Assembly (NCBI RefSeq): GCF_037042905.1
Contig: NC_087246.1
Coordinates: 48,546,001 to 48,610,000, forward strand
Direction of reading: 5' to 3'
Length of the DNA: 64,000 bases
Origin: Lytechinus pictus
Lineage: Eukaryota
This document shows, piece by piece, positions 35,749 to 50,925 of this stretch; the stretch's first letter is position 1; each line of letters begins with the position of its first letter. Below the pieces are notes generated by a model, which was not told the DNA's origin, searched no databases, and saw only the letters and a program-made list of their open reading frames with translations. A program made the position numbers and the translations under genes.

Positions 35749-37997
35749 TATAGTAGTACAAGTAGTAGTAGTAGAAGTAGTAGAAGTAGAAGTAGTAGCA
35801 GTAGTAGAAGCAGAAGTAGGTATATTAATATCATTATAATTATTAAAACAATAATTATTTTTATTACCATTATTATCATCATGATAATTATCATAATTAT
35901 TATTACCATTATTATCATAATTACAGATTATCATATTTTTCCCTTTCCTACACCTTCCATCATAAACTGCTACTCCAATATTGGGAAATAATAAAATATC
36001 ATAAGTTGCTTTAAAAAATTTGATTCTGAAGAGGCAAACGCTGAATCACAAAATGTTATCAGAATGATTAAGGAATTATAGGCATATATATAGACTATAT
36101 TATTGAAGAGTTAGCGTTGGATGCACATACTTGATTGTTTTCAGTGGAAATTGTAGGCCTACGTCATTCAAGAGGTATAGCAGAAGTACAATCCAAACGA
36201 CCAAATGAACGGAAATAGTTAGGACGTAGAGTCATGAATCTTCATAAAGTGGAGTAATATTTACAGTATATCAAATGGGAAGGCCGATTGCATCTCTCTC
36301 GGACAACGAACTCGTGAAGCAAACACTCTTGACCATGATATTTATTGCAAAATACCCCCCCCCCAAAAAAAAAAAAATACGTTGTCCTTAAATTCCCCGC
36401 CATTCTTCGACATTAATATATTATAATTTGTTATCAATATGGTCATATTTACATTGGATACAGACATAAAGTAGGCTACATAAGGTTAATATATATCCCC
36501 TAAAATGGGACTAACAATTGTGACAATAAGAAATGGATTAAATCACGTTATTGGCTTTTTTTCATTTTGACAGTAATAAACAAATCTTTACTGAATGTTC
36601 AAATACTATTCTAGACTACATAACAATCATCGCAAAGTTGAAGAAATAGTAGAAAGATCAAAATGAGAACTATTCTGAAACAGTATCACTGTGAACGGTA
36701 TCTTATTATCCAAATTACAATTGCACAATGGTGTCTATAGAAAACAGTCAGAATTTAGTTTTGTTCTAATCAATTTAGTAATATGAGCAAAATAATGAAA
36801 CAATAAAGTCTAGTTTAGATTAGATCTTTATGACTGTGACTAAATCAAGATTTAGTCGTATTCAATGGTACACTTGTTTATATCTTATCCACTCAAATCC
36901 GACATTGGATATTTTTTCTTTCTTAAAAAAAAAAGAATTATAACAAGACTTCAGTTACTGAATAGGTCCTTAATCATGTAGGTTTGTAATACGTGAAAAA
37001 GAAATTCCGTGAAAATGAAATAGTTGTCACAAATATATTTTTCACACTTATGCATGAATTATAAAACAAATTGAGAGGAGGTTACATAATGCACGAAATA
37101 ATAAGCCCGCGAGAACTGAAAGGTAAATATACGAAAATTGAAAAAAAAATTAAGAGTGACTCGAATAGAAAGGAACCGGAACAAATAAATGAATGACGGT
37201 GTATTTATAGAGCCTGTGTGTGAGGGTGTGTGTGGTTAGTTAATAAACGGAAAACTTCAAACACAAACATTGATTTCGACCGGTCATCTTCCCTCGGAAG
37301 ATCACCGCTGTCTTCTTCATTTCCAAGACACTGTGACGTCACAGTGTGACGTTAATCAAATGTGACAATTAAAGGAGTTTATATCCGCTTGCTGTCCATC
37401 TCTGTCTTGACAATACTTCTGGATCTGAATGTGACGTGATAGTCATTTGAACAATTTGGATGCTATCGTTAGGGGCATTCATTGCTTATACGTTTGTTTC
37501 TAACTTCTGTTATGTAATCTAAATCATAAAAAGGATCCAGAGTCAGTGTTTGATCAACAACAATATGAATTGAAAATAATTGCATTCATACTTATTCGTT
37601 TATTCAAATAAACATTTAATTACAGAGAATCATTTGTTATTTTCAATTTATTGATTGTTTTATTAATTATAAATGAAAATGTTTTTTTTTTACATATATC
37701 ACATAGAATCATTTGTCATAAAATTATATACATATATAACGGATTTGTTTACAGACGAAGGCGTACTTCCTTATATAAAAGCATAATACCGGTATATGTA
37801 ATATGAGAATATGCTTCCAATGTAAAAATTAAAATAAAAAATGCGCCAGATCATGGGCCCGTAACACAATGTTTAGCAATCATCATATAACATTTTTCTA
37901 CGATTGATTGCAAAGACTACGATGTATAATTAATCGTAAAAATCAAGCTTACGATTAATCGCTAACCTTTGTGTTACGGAACCCAGATCACATTTCA

Positions 37998-38191
37998 CAC
38001 TCTTAAAATGTTGGGCAACATTCTGTCCACACAACAATTGGTTAAAAAATTTATCCAACTCTGGGTAGTTTTCAACCAATACTGTGTAGTTTTCACCAAA
38101 AGCACACATTATTGGTTAAAAACTACCCAGAATTGGTTAAAGTTTTAACAAATTGTTGTGTGGACAGTATAGCCCAACATTTTTAAGAGTG
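37998..38191. mobile_element. CACT-ended MITE (EnSpm-like, 2-bp TSD CA)
   Basis: ca|cactcttaaaatgttgggc ... gcccaacatttttaagagtg|ca. A left-end-only copy starts at about 43869. Confidence 0.75.
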
Positions 38192-39079
38192 CACCAATGA
38201 TTTCCACTGTATTTCTCAAATATATATGTCAAGTGTAACAATAACCTTCGATGCCCGTAAGAGAGTTGACTCCTAACAATTCGCTGTATGCATGGCGCTT
38301 GTTTCAATTCCTTCCGGCGAATGAAATTCTCATTGATTTTACACGTGTTTGAGAACGAAGTTGAGTACATACAAGTGATGTTTAAATTGGCCTAGGGGGA
38401 GATATATTGACTTTAATTCTTCCTTTTTTTTTTGTTTTAGCTTTCATTTTGATAAGCATTTTTTTATACAGTGTGGATCTGAGTTTTGCTTGTTTTGCTT
38501 TTGACTAGCCTATTTCTAAAACTAATCAAATCCCATATTTAAGGTGTAATAAATTTTGTGGCAGATTTATTTCCCCTTTTCATTTATTACATTTTTCTTT
38601 CCCTGTATTTGCTTTTATATAAATTTATAGAGATAATGGCAATATGCAAAAAAATACGTGTCGATGTAATTATTGTAAATTTGTATATTGTAATTTATGA
38701 ATATGCTTTAATGTGAATGATTGATAATTGTGTGTCATTTCCTTATATTATTGATTTTGTGTTTTTGATCTTTTTGTTAAGGTAACATGCACATATTTGT
38801 TTATATTTTATAAGATACAAGTAAATCCATGAATGTTATGACGTCGCGACTACAGAGAGTTGTGAGTTTCTACTTTACAATTTTCACAAAATTCCAATAA
38901 AAGATTCATAACTGATGAATATTTTGAGATACAAGGCGTGAGAATCATTAGTAATCATGATAATGGTCAAATCAATACATATATTTCTTAGAGAGTTATT
39001 ACATCAATTGTGTAAAATTTGAATTGACGTTAATATCCCCTTCCAATGATGGTTGACAACCAAATGTGCATCTAGATTC

Positions 39080-39485
39080 GTGTGTGTGTTTTTATGAGGG
39101 TAGGTAGGGTGTTTTCATTTGTGTTTGGGTGTGGGTGTGTGTGTGTGTGTGATGATATGTGACTGAACAAAGTGTTTCATCTTTCCACCACATTTTGTAC
39201 TTTTCCCCCAACTTTCATCCTGTTTGTGCGTGCGTGTGTGTGGGGGGGATGATATGTGACTGAACAAAATGTTTGATCCTCTTATCACATTTTGGACTTT
39301 CATCCAACTTTGTGTGTGCGTGTGAGGGGTAGGTGTGTGTGCGTGTGAGTGACCGTACAAAGTGTTTAATCCTTCTGTCACATTTTGTACTTTCACCCAA
39401 TGTTTGCGTGTGTAGATGTGTGGAACAATATCTGACGGAGCAAAGTGTTCGATCCTTCTATCTCAGTTTGAACCTTCACCCAATG
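39080..39485. repeat. Degenerate tandem array, ~4 x 90-110 bp with (GT)n
   Basis: gtgactgaacaaa.tgttt.atc...cacatttt recurs at about 39158, 39256, 39349, 39432. Confidence 0.75.
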
Positions 39486-41183
39486 CAGCCTGAGCGCCAA
39501 TATAAAAAATATCCAGATAACGGAAACCATAAAGATGTTGGTTGTTGTCTTGGTTTTTAAAGAAATTTATATGACATAATACGTATACATAAGATCACTA
39601 TTTCAGTGGTCATGGTGGTGATTTGTCTTTGTGTCATCGTTAGATTGCTGATGCTGAATCATCCAGGATACATACCAGACGACACAAAGTTTATTGGGCC
39701 TTCAATTGTGTTGTTTGCTAAAAACAAAGAAAATATTTTTATTTAAAAGCTAACAAGGACAGGTTTTTTATTTTTATCTGGAATGATGGGAGGTAAAACT
39801 GGAAAATTTGGGGAGTATAATATCCATAGTCATCGCAAGTATTGGCAACGTTGTTGTCCAGCAAAGACCAACACAGGCGACATTTCGTCCGTCGGGTATA
39901 GGTGCCGTTATGTTATAATAGGAGATTCAGGATATTAATCTGGCTGGCATGAAGGCTATGTTATGGGTCGATTAGGTACCCTTAATGGGACACTTCGGCC
40001 GTCGCACCTGTCTAATCAATATCACTCCCATCAAGTCAATGGTCAAGCATCTTTTTAAAAAGATATCAGAATAAATTTAAATCGAGAAAAAATGACCCAC
40101 CAATGCGTCATTTTAATCGTAGTCTGTGGCGATTGTGTCTCTTGGCAAACCCCCGTCAGTGCATTTACGATTTTATAGATTTTCTTTAATCAAAATTATA
40201 TCGTTTATGGTCGCTTGGTTCGGTGTTCTAACTTCTTCACTACACCAAACTTTCGACTTTGATAGGTGGTATGAGCTCTTTAGAAGTCTCGTGATAATTA
40301 TCAGCCAATCATAATGAAATAGGTGTTACCAAACCTTGATTTCCCTCTTGCCATCATTAACATTACTTTTCCCATCGTGTATAATGAAGCACATTCCTAC
40401 TGTCCTGAATAAATCTGAAGATTTTGATAGGTGATTTGAGCTTTAACGTTAGGTCTGTGGATGAATTGAAGTTTTAATCTACATTATTCATTTGTACATC
40501 GAACAAACTCCCCACACTACCTATAACATATAATTTCTTTCAAGTGGTAAATGGAGATATAATCCCTTGCTCATGGGTATTAAAGTCATGAATGTACTAA
40601 GACAGATGTTCTTACTTCTTGTATTCGATACCTCTCCTGCATGGTTTGAGTAAAGTAAGATCTTCATCAAATTGTAATCTTTCCCTAAATTTCATTTTAA
40701 TTTCATTCATTTCATTTTCAACAAAACGCATATCAGGAAAATAGAGTTTGGTCAAATAAATAAAGTAAATGCCATAGATAGATTTGCATTTGCATAATTG
40801 TATTAGGTAACACTGGCGGTATAATATGCTCCATCCGTATTACAAATCTTTTATATCACAGAGTGTCAATCTGATTGTGCAAAATGACGCCCCTCAAAAC
40901 TATTTTTGAAACCATTTCCATTTTCCATTCTATAAGTATCACTGTTGTACTGCAGACAAGAAATAGACAAACACAGTTTTGTGATAACAAATGGTGTTGC
41001 ACTGAATCATTCGCATTCCATTGAGAACTAATTGGTTCTGTAGCTTTCTTGGAATTTTTTACATTCCCTCTTTTTTATTCCCCTTTTCCTTTATAATTTT
41101 CCCCGACTTCAAACCCCCCTCGTGCGTCCTCTGAAAGCGACCCCGAGGCACGTGTCCCTTGCCCCAACTTGTAATACCATGCA

Positions 41184-41329
41184 GGGTCCCGTTTCATAAA
41201 GACTTGATATATAAAATAATGCACATTTTCTATTACAAAATACCATCAACCAATTAGATTGAATGATTTTAGTAGCTTTAAATTGTTATTGCAAAATCTT
41301 ATTATAACAGCTTTTATGAAACGGGCCCC
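41184..41329. mobile_element. Short Harbinger-like MITE (sister at 59416-59563, relative at 59218-59412)
   Basis: TIR cccgtttcataaa / tttatgaaacggg; internal ccaat.a.at.ga.tgattt.agtagcttt shared with the 59416 copy. Confidence 0.7.
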
Positions 41330-43346
41330 TTGTCAACAGTATACAAAATACAATTAATTTTAATAACATAATTCTAAAAAAAGTATCTGTACATGCCTTG
41401 ATATCTTTTGCTGCAGAAGAATTTACATTTTCTATAAAAAAAAAAAAAAAACCTTTAATGGCATGATCCTTGGTGTTCATTTCAGTCATTTCGTCTCCGG
41501 CTGGTCAACGGCGCCCTAATCAATGTTTCTCATTTACTTCTATCGTCTAAGAAGAAATCCAAACTGTGCTTAATTTCAAGACTGACCTTCAGAGTGATTA
41601 AAAAACCTGTGTCTCTGTCTCTTATAAAGCTCATGCGCTGTTGCGTTATGTATTTTATTTTTAACTACCTGATCTCGTGACCACGGTTAATCAGCCAATC
41701 AGGATGAAGATATCAGATATTTTGTTCTTGAGGAGCAGCTGACTTGAACCGATCTGTGCGTTGTGGCTTGCGCCTGTATAAAAATTAGCTCAGAGATCCA
41801 GTTTGATTTAATAGACGTAGATAATCATATAAAACCCAATCACTGGCACAGCGATGCAAAACACGCATCCGCACGCACACACACACACATACTCACCCTC
41901 CACACGCACACAAACACACCAAAAATGTACATATAGTGACAGTAGAAAAAAAAATGAATTGCCATTCGCCAAATTTAACAATTTCACGATAGCAACAACA
42001 AGAAGGTAACCTACTGTTGTATTATCATCGACGTTATTAAAAGTTAACATATTTTCACCTCAGTCGTAATTAATCGGAGTGTATTGATTTGTGCTCTTAA
42101 TGGAAACCAAAGTGTTACCAGCCTCTCCACTCTCTCTTTCTCCCTCTCTCTCTCCTCCCTCTCTCTCTCTCTATCTCACTGCATTTCCGTCAGAAAGCAA
42201 GCCTGTAATGCGCGACCGATTAATCATTATTACCACAGCTCCATCTATAGTCTCAATTTATTGATCAAAATCTTGGTCTAATTGCAACCCGTGGGCGGTC
42301 AGAAATCAATGCAAATGCATTTGAAATGTTATCTATAGTCTGAACTTCAGTCACAAAGTCATATTTCTATTCGGATTTTATTTCAGCTTTAAACTTTAAA
42401 CTAAAGATCTTCACAATTCAAGCAGAAAAAAATTATCATGTATAACAATTTTGCCTTTATTTAATTGTGTTATCTCCAAACGTGTACACGTCTTTATGAA
42501 GAACCGATGTTTCCAAACATTCCAAAAATATATTATTTACCAGCCTTACCCCTGTTAAGCCCCCGAAACTATGAATTTAAATTATGGAAAAAAATCAAAT
42601 TACTTTAAATGGATTCAAATATTGGTATCAGATTATCTTTTCAATAGGCCCCGGTATATCAATATAAGTAAATTTTAAAAAAAGTTTGATAATTTCAAAA
42701 GGGCTAATACGGTGAAAAAAATCAGTAAAACTTTGTTGGTTGGCACACTAATGAAAATAATCAAAAACCGTGAGTTATTTATAACTTGGGGGAAAATCGT
42801 ACAGCTTCACGTGAATCGTCGAAGAACTAGATAAGACAGATCGCAGCTAAATTACGGTCTGACACCCCTACCTTCTGAAATCGACGAGTCCGTACCTCTC
42901 TACGAAACTTTGTTGCTGTATTGTTGCGGCTCATATTCATAACTCACCGATCCACTCGAGTAGCCGCCACGCACACACATCATCATCACACACACAGCGG
43001 GCCACTATGGAAGCACACCCACCTCTTCGCTCCCACACTCCTCACGCACACTTATTATCCCAGTGGACTGATTGATGCTGGCTGGCGGCTACATCGCGCT
43101 TGTTTGCACCTCATTATCACCCATCTTTCCCGGTTATTTATTATTCCCTACCCCCGCCTTGCCTGGATTACCATCACCGCAACCAGTACCACCAGTACCA
43201 CCGAGTCGAGTCGAGACGTCTTCTTTCACAACCTGTATATATTTTACTTGTCAGGATTAACGCAGGTCATTTTCAGGAATAACATAACTCGTACCATACA
43301 CCGTCTTTCTTGGTTTTTATTCAAACCAGAAATATCTTATGTGAAT

Positions 43347-43838
43347 ATGCCTTTATCGTGCAGGACGAATACGCGTCGACATCTCGGGACCGTCTCTGCT
43401 TGTTTCTTACTATATTTCTTCGTCGCGGCGGTCGATGGTGTCCCGCAGAGGACGTCGCGGGGCCCCATCGCCGAGGTCGACCCCGACGCGATTATTCTCA
43501 GAACACGGGGTCAGCAGCAAACTCCAAACAACCACGAATTTACGTCGACGACGAACTCGTCGACGACAGACACATATGACCCTTCGTATTCGCTGAACAA
43601 TTTGGATGATGATTTCCTTCTCTTCTGGAATTTAAGCAGCGTCGACGAAAGCGAAGACGATGCGACGACGACCAGGGAGGTTCCTTCGGATGATGAAGGA
43701 ACCAACCTGGAGGAATTAGTTCTCAGGTTAGAGGAAGAAGCAAGACTTGATGAGATGGAAATGGAGGGAGAGGTAGTGAGGCAAGCGTTGGAAGCAAGGA
43801 GATCGAGGCCGTCATCTAGACTAGCACAACCAAAACGG
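43347..43838 (+). CDS. First coding exon (164 aa) of an unidentified secreted prepro-protein
   Basis: MPLSCRTNTRRHLGTVSACFLLYFFVAAVDG| signal peptide, then a Thr/Asp/Glu-rich region with N-glycosylation sequons, then basic RRSR...PKR. GC-rich coding-like composition. Donor CGG|gtatgt, phase 0. Confidence 0.8.
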
Positions 43839-45740
43839 GTATGTAACATGAACATATTATATTACATACACTCTTAAAAAAGTTGGGCAAAAAAGCCCAG
43901 TTTTTAACCATTACTGGGCAAAATACTGTCCACACTACTATTGGTTAAAATCTGTCTAAATTCATACTGTCCACACTGCTATTGGATAAAATCTGTCTAA
44001 ATTGGGTAATAAAAACTAATAATTGGGAAATAAATTTGCTCAATTGAATAATAATTGCCCAGAATATATATATATATATACCGAAATAAATTCGTTTAAT
44101 GTTTCATGATGTATAATTCAAATAAAATCATTTTATATTGTTCTTACATTTTCTTATGTTGATGAGTTTCAATCTGGAGCTGGAGGATGTAAGACAGCAT
44201 AAATAAACGTAATTCTTACCTTGCAGAGATGTGAGTAAGAAAAGTCGTTCAGAACATGAAAATTCAATTTAGCGATCACAATTGTCATGTGCATATACCT
44301 GTAGGGATTCATAAACACTTATGAACATGGCAGTGTTCTAGTTTTGGTCAATTAATAATCCTACCATTATATAGTAGGGCCTATTCAAGGAAGAAACAAG
44401 TATTTTTTACCATAGATGCTTGATACGATATATCTAATACATCTATGCATCTCAAGGAAAGTATTATATGTCATATACTTTCCCTCTGATGCATAGAGAT
44501 TCAGTAGGGTACATGCAATCGACTTACAACCATAAGTGTTTCTATTGCACATAACCAGCGAATACAATCATCTGAGAACAATCATACCAAAGAAAGTGTT
44601 TTGAAAGACATTATTTTTTAATATTAAGATATTATAGTTGGTAGAGTGCTCCCTCGATCCAAATGGAAGATACAGTGGATGACCCAATAAGAATTCTTTT
44701 GAGGGCATGGGGAAGGAGAGTGCGCGTGGATTAAAGTTACTTTATATTCAAGCAGTTTGACAATTTTCCTTTTTTAAGAAATAAAATTACGGGAAAGGCA
44801 TGCTTTACCGATATTTTCCTTTGGTGTGTTTACCAAGGGCAAAAACATGATCTGAAATTCCAAACAACTTTCAAGAACATTATGAGTCATTTCCGTATTG
44901 CGAATCTGTATGTCATCCAAATTGTGATGAATTTATGTAAACCGTATTACATTAGACGGAGTTCATGGTATTTCAGGAATTGACCAATCGATGTGGGTCC
45001 AAACCATGACCATTTTCCAACGAACTCGGAGAGTGAAATTACAAGAAATTTGATTTTGCCTTCAGCTATATAGGATCTGCATTTAGATAATAAATGTAGT
45101 ATTACAACGTCATTTTTTGTGATTCTTGGAAAACGGTAAAAAATAACAAAGTGCTGACCAAAAATAATGAAGGGAACACATGATATTACTTGAAGACATA
45201 ATAATTACTTGAATATGAAACCTCATCGTTTGCAAAGAAATCACTCTCACCCTTCTTAAATGTAACACATTCTGCAGTTCTGTTATTGTTTTAATACTTT
45301 TATATCATTATCTTTATACAATTGAAATGATAAAATCAGTTCATTTATTGATCAAATATGTATTTAAGCTTGATTGGTGATTTATAATTTGATTGGTAAG
45401 TATGTATGTTTCATAATAGTATTACAGATATTAAACTAGCTCTTAAAAGGACTTCTACCATAAACCCCACACCACAATAACTTAAAAAATGATTTTTTTT
45501 TTACCAATAATCGAAATAAGGAAAACATTTGTCTGTCATTGATGTCTGTAATTAATGTGTTTTGATTTTATTCCAAAACCGGAAAGTGTTGAAAAGGAGG
45601 TTTCCCGATGCACTCTTTACAGTCATGCAAACCATGCCAGAATCCATATAGACTTATTATCTGTTTTTAGGATGGTTGTAGTTCATACTAATAAAATCTC
45701 AAAGTTTTGCTTTATTGCTTTCTTGTAGATAATCACTTAA

Positions 45741-45985
45741 AGGTCAAACCCACCCCAAATAAATGTTGATTTGAACCAATAGAGAAAAATCAAACAAGCA
45801 TAACACTGAAAATTTCTTCAAAATCGGATGTAAAATAAGAAAGTTATGACATTTTAAAGTATCGCTTATTTTTCACGAAACAGTTATATGTACAACTCAG
45901 TGACATGCAAATGAGAGAGTTGATGATGTCCCTCACTCTTTCTCTTTTTATTCCAATCAACTCTTTGTTGGGGTGGACTTGTCCT
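45741..45985. mobile_element. Internally deleted Kolobok-like MITE (family of 14039-14641), TTAA TSD
   Basis: TTAA|aggtcaaacccacccc ... ggggtggacttgtcct|TTAA. Confidence 0.8.
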
Positions 45986-46444
45986 TTAACTGATGTGTCT
46001 TCCTTATTATACTTTATCAGTGCATATATCTTCTTTACACGTATATATCTTTATTTCATATTCCGTTTTATTCAAAATCTAATTTGCTTTGATTTCCTCA
46101 TGCTTGCGTATGTACGTCAAGAATGAAAGTTCAAGAGCAACAGCTTTTCAAATAAACCATTTCATAAGTATCATCACTGAGACAATATGGGACGACTTTT
46201 ATTCACTATTCAGCGATTTTCAAAAGAAAAAAAATGATCCCAGCAAAAAGTTTTCGAAATAAATGATGTCCTAATTATCAAAATGCTTGCATCAGTAAAA
46301 ATAAAGCGATGAAAGAATTAATCCATATGCGATTTTTGAAAGTGTAGAAAATTAAGTAAGATATCAGTTAATTCTTGGTGTTGAAAGTAATAAAATGTCA
46401 AGTACGCAAATTAAGTTTTAAGTAACATTTTGTCGATTATACAG

Positions 46445-46940
46445 CGACAGGGTGGTATATAAATCGAAAGCTATTTTCCAAAAGACGTAAAATATACGTT
46501 GGTTGGTTCTAAGTTCTTGGAAGAAAGTGAGTGAAATGGCATTTGTTGAGAGAACAGTAAGAAATCAGAAATGACTAAGCTCCATCTTCATGATCTTGTC
46601 CGGGGTGAGAGATCTATTCAGTGGGTATCCCTCCTTTCTATTAATAAAAGAAAGTCAAGAAGCAAGTGTGACACCACTGATTTGGTTAGTCATCGGTATC
46701 AGGCGCCAACCTGTTAGACGTTTGTTAGTCATGGGGAGGCGATCAGAAGAGACATATTCCAAAACCATGGCTCCAGAAAGTGCAATCTCACCGTAGCTTA
46801 TGCTCTCAAAGGCTGATCCTGATTTTATATTGTCAGATTTTGATGATTCAGTTAATGCAATTATATGATGATTCCTCTCTGATTTTGTCTCAGTGATAAG
46901 TAGATTTTATAGCATACTTGTAAGTCCTCTGAAAACCCCA
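46445..46940 (-). pseudogene. Possible decayed LINE AP-endonuclease fragment
   Basis: Broken minus-strand frames give RGL...HIIALTES...EIALSG and SIYIPP, resembling APE motifs; stops and frameshifts present. Confidence 0.3.
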
Positions 46941-49900
46941 TCTCCCTGATTGAACCCATCTGTAGTTTATGCCTAACCATCAATATCGAAACTTAAGTAA
47001 AATTCCAATTATGGATTTGTTTAAATCAAATCTATTAACGGAAATTGTTTTAAGACAGAGACCTTAGATTGAGAAATCACATATACATTTATTATAATAT
47101 ACCCCTTTGCTCATTAAGTTTGTTGTATGGTTATATTAAGATTGTTTTTAAATTATTTCATAATGTACGTCCATGCTCTATTCTTGCCATCGGTATTGTA
47201 CAGAATCAGCGTTTTGCAGACGAGAGGGTTTCTCTGTACCGCCTTAAATTTCTAGCCTTCTCACAACCCACTGTTATTTACTTCATTTACCGTAATCAAC
47301 CATTTAAGAATAAGCTTACAGTCAGGATGAATACATAGTGATACAAATTTGTGCAATTCGCGCTTATTGTGGCTTCTGGAGCGGTTGGGATGGAAATGGG
47401 GGAGGAAATCACGGACGAAAGGGGGATATTTGATTCGAGTTTGACAAGGAGTTTTTCGAAGTGTCTTGAACGGGTGTGGGTAAACTAAGGTTGGCTCCCT
47501 GTACATGCTGAGTAATTGTGCCCCCAGACGGCAGTTGATAGACCTCAAGTTCAAGAATAGAGTTTCCCTCAATTTACGAGTTTTCGTACGGTCTGGCCTA
47601 GTACTGCGAGATCCCACCACATTCAACTTAAAGGGAGTCACGTAGCATCAATAGTGCAATAGAGATCATAGAGATGCTCAGACTTTCATCTCTCGTTATT
47701 CTCTTTACTTTTTCCTATTATTCATGACTTTAAGTAGTGGTTTGTGTGTATTATTTGTATGGGAGGCAACCATTTTCATGGACTGACTTTTTTAAACATT
47801 AGCACAGCAGGAAAGCTCACAGTGTCACACAGTGTGATCACAAAGTGTTCACATATCCACACTGTTAAGATTCTTCAAATTCAACAGTGTAGAGATGTTT
47901 TCACACTGTGGACACCTCGGCAGTGTGACTGTCCACAGCGTGTTCACATGGTCGACTATGTGAATACGTAATTCACACCGTTGAAGTGCTCAAATTTTAC
48001 AGCGTGAAGGTGATTTCACGTCGTGCGCCACACTGTGAACACACTGTGGGATAATGTGCTTTTTTCAGTAGGGAATCCCTTATCAAAAGGTCCTTACTAA
48101 ACTAAGTCGACGATTTTGATAAAAAAATGATGGTTTATGAGGAGCTAATCTATTATTTAAACATGATGAAGGCCAGCTCTTGTTTGCTCAATCTCATCTA
48201 GCTATGTTAGCACTGGCTTATCCAGGGGGGGGGGGAGTGGCACAGCCGGCCCGTGCCCCCCTTTTGGGAGGCACAATTAAAATTTGTAACGTTACAACAG
48301 AAGAGTGCCCCCCTACCTTTGAAAATCCTGGATCTTCTCCTGATATTAGTATCACTTATCTTCTGCATCACATATTTATCCAGTCACATGTCACTCCACG
48401 TGTTTTAGTTTTCTTTTATTACTTGAATTAAGTTGATTTACATAAACAAATAAATGGAATTTGATAAACTGATATAAATGCTTAATATTAGTGTTGATCG
48501 ATAATAAGATCCCAGGCATGCAAGGTTTGTTCCCAAAGTCGAAATGGATTTATCTGGTGCGAAGTTCTTATCTGTCATTCATTGCTGACACATATTATGC
48601 TTCTTCGAAATGAAAGAATAGTGTCGCGAGGCAACAATTTCAGGGGCTGATTTGAAAATATGGGGCACTTTAAAAAGCGATGGAAAGGTATGTTAGATTT
48701 TATAGGACCTAAATGATTATTTCTGTCATTTTGGCATCTAAAAAAAAGGTGGACCAGCTGGATAATCAAGGAACTTTAAATTAAACGTTTATATAATGAT
48801 AAATAATAAAGTACAATTAATTATATTTAAGGGGTGGGGCTCCACCCCCAAACCAATTGGTCATTGAACATCGTAGGGGAAGGGAAGCGAAAATACGAAA
48901 TATTTTGTATTTTTTCCATTTCAGATTCCTACACTGTCTTTCTTGCTGACCTCATTTTGAGACCATATCACTATTCAACACGCGTCAAATATACCGCACT
49001 GGCAATGAATTTGGTATGAAACGACATTGAAAAGTGTCATACCACATTTCTATGCGGGAAGGTAGATGTTATGTTTTCTTGTTCAAAATGATTCTTTGTT
49101 ATTCTCTTGTAAACACAGTGCACACAGACTCACCGCAAACAACTCGAATATTTTCTTTAACAACTTTTCATGTTGACAAGTCTTTGATGTTGCAAATACT
49201 TTGTCGTTGCACAACGTTATGATAGGGCCTATACAAGATGTATTGAACAGTAATTTCAGCTGTTCTACTACTAGTTCTTTCATTTTCACTTTTCATCTAA
49301 TTTTATTCCACCTATACACGCCATCTGTCCTTTTTATTGTAGCTAGTCTCCTTTTTATTTTAATTTTCCTTTCTATATTTTTGCTTGTTCTCTTTGATCG
49401 CTCCTAGTTTTATGGTATTAACAATTTTACCTTACATCAATACACATCACACACGCGCACTGTGATGTAACCACACACACGCACGCGCACACCACCTTCC
49501 CGCTCACATCCGCATTCATGTCATTGTAGCCTACATTTTTTAACTTCTTAAAAAAATATTTATGTATTTGATTATAATGAACATTAGTTAATTAATTAAT
49601 ATTCAAATATTTCATCAAACTCTCTTTGATTCTATCGAGCTCTCTGAACAATCTACTCGTGTGGGGGGGGGGGGGGATACTCTTGTCATTTTCTTAACAA
49701 ATAATATGTCTTAAGTAATGAGATGGAAAAGAGAAGAAAATGTTCTGTCACTGTTGCATGATTTGCTGTGACCGAGGGACATCCCCCATGAGAATCCATA
49801 CGAGGGTAGGCGATGAAATTACACTTCCTGTCTTTTGAGCCTTGAGGAAAGAGAGAGAGAGAGAGAGTGAATTAAAATGATATCACACAATGTAAGATGA

Positions 49901-50621
49901 CAAGATCACCGAAATTAATTAATTAACAATTCGACTGCATCACAGAACTACCATGGAATTCCTATTCATTGGTCAGTATTGAATGTTTATTATTTATTGT
50001 ATAGATTGTTTTGAATCCAGTTTTCATTTTACTTCGCCATTTTTGTAGTAAATCAAATAAACTTTCATCATTTTATTGTACATGTACATAATCAGCAAGA
50101 ACAAGACCAAATTGTTTTTAATCATTAACTTACAGAGTATGTTATTTCGATCTTAAGCGCGGACTTTTTAGAATGGGGGAGGGACCGCTTAATACACAGG
50201 GATAAACTTCACATCTAGCCTGAAAGCGTCTTGATACAGGTTGAGATTATCATCTGAACCGGGGTAGGGGGTTAAATATAGCTCACTTTACCCCCTTTAC
50301 AGAGTCCAAATCTCCCACATTTAGCCTAGTGTTCAGCCAAATTAGGCACAATTTCGTATATACTGCTGGAAAGAAAACAGTGTCCTACAGTGTGTTCACA
50401 GTGTCCTACAGTGTGTTCACAGTGTGGAACACAATGTTCACAGTGTGGAACACAATGTGAATTCAAGATCACAATGTGGTAATGCTCAAATTGAACACTG
50501 TCAATATATGACAATACTGTGGATATATACGTTTACACTGTAGAGATTTCCACAGTGTGAAACCAGCTTTACATTGGTTGAGTGCATGGTTTGTATCAGA
50601 TCTTTCTCATAGTCCACTGTG

Positions 50622-50925
50622 TGAAGCGTTGTGGTCCAGTGGATTAGTCTCCGGACTTTGAAACAGAAGGTCATGTGTTCAAATCCCAGCCGTTGCGTAG
50701 ATTCCATCAGCAAAAAAAAAATGATACACATTGTGCTACACTCAACCCAGGTGAAGTAAATGGGTACCTGACAGGAATTATTCCTTGAAATATGTGTGCG
50801 CTGTAAAAAACTATACGACCGTCAAGCTAGAGCCGGAGTATAATGATATCCAAATATTTTGGAAGGGCAAAGAGACGGTATAATCATAATGTGATATGAG
50901 GTATACAAGAACTGTTTATTATCAA
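50622..50925 (+). mobile_element. tRNA-derived SINE
   Basis: gtggtccagtggattagtctccggactttgaaacagaaggtcatgtgttcaaatccc head, plus ctcaacccaggtgaagtaaatgggtacc core box. Confidence 0.75.

Noticed and set aside
41691-41805. CCAAT + TATAAAA promoter-like arrangement
   Set aside because: About 1.5 kb from the ATG with no supportable exon or donor; spacing to an initiator is unconvincing.
48924-49013. Candidate exon 2 of the 43347 gene (good acceptor, gtatga donor)
   Set aside because: Phase-0 reading hits TGA after 11 codons; the open frame is incompatible with the exon 1 phase.
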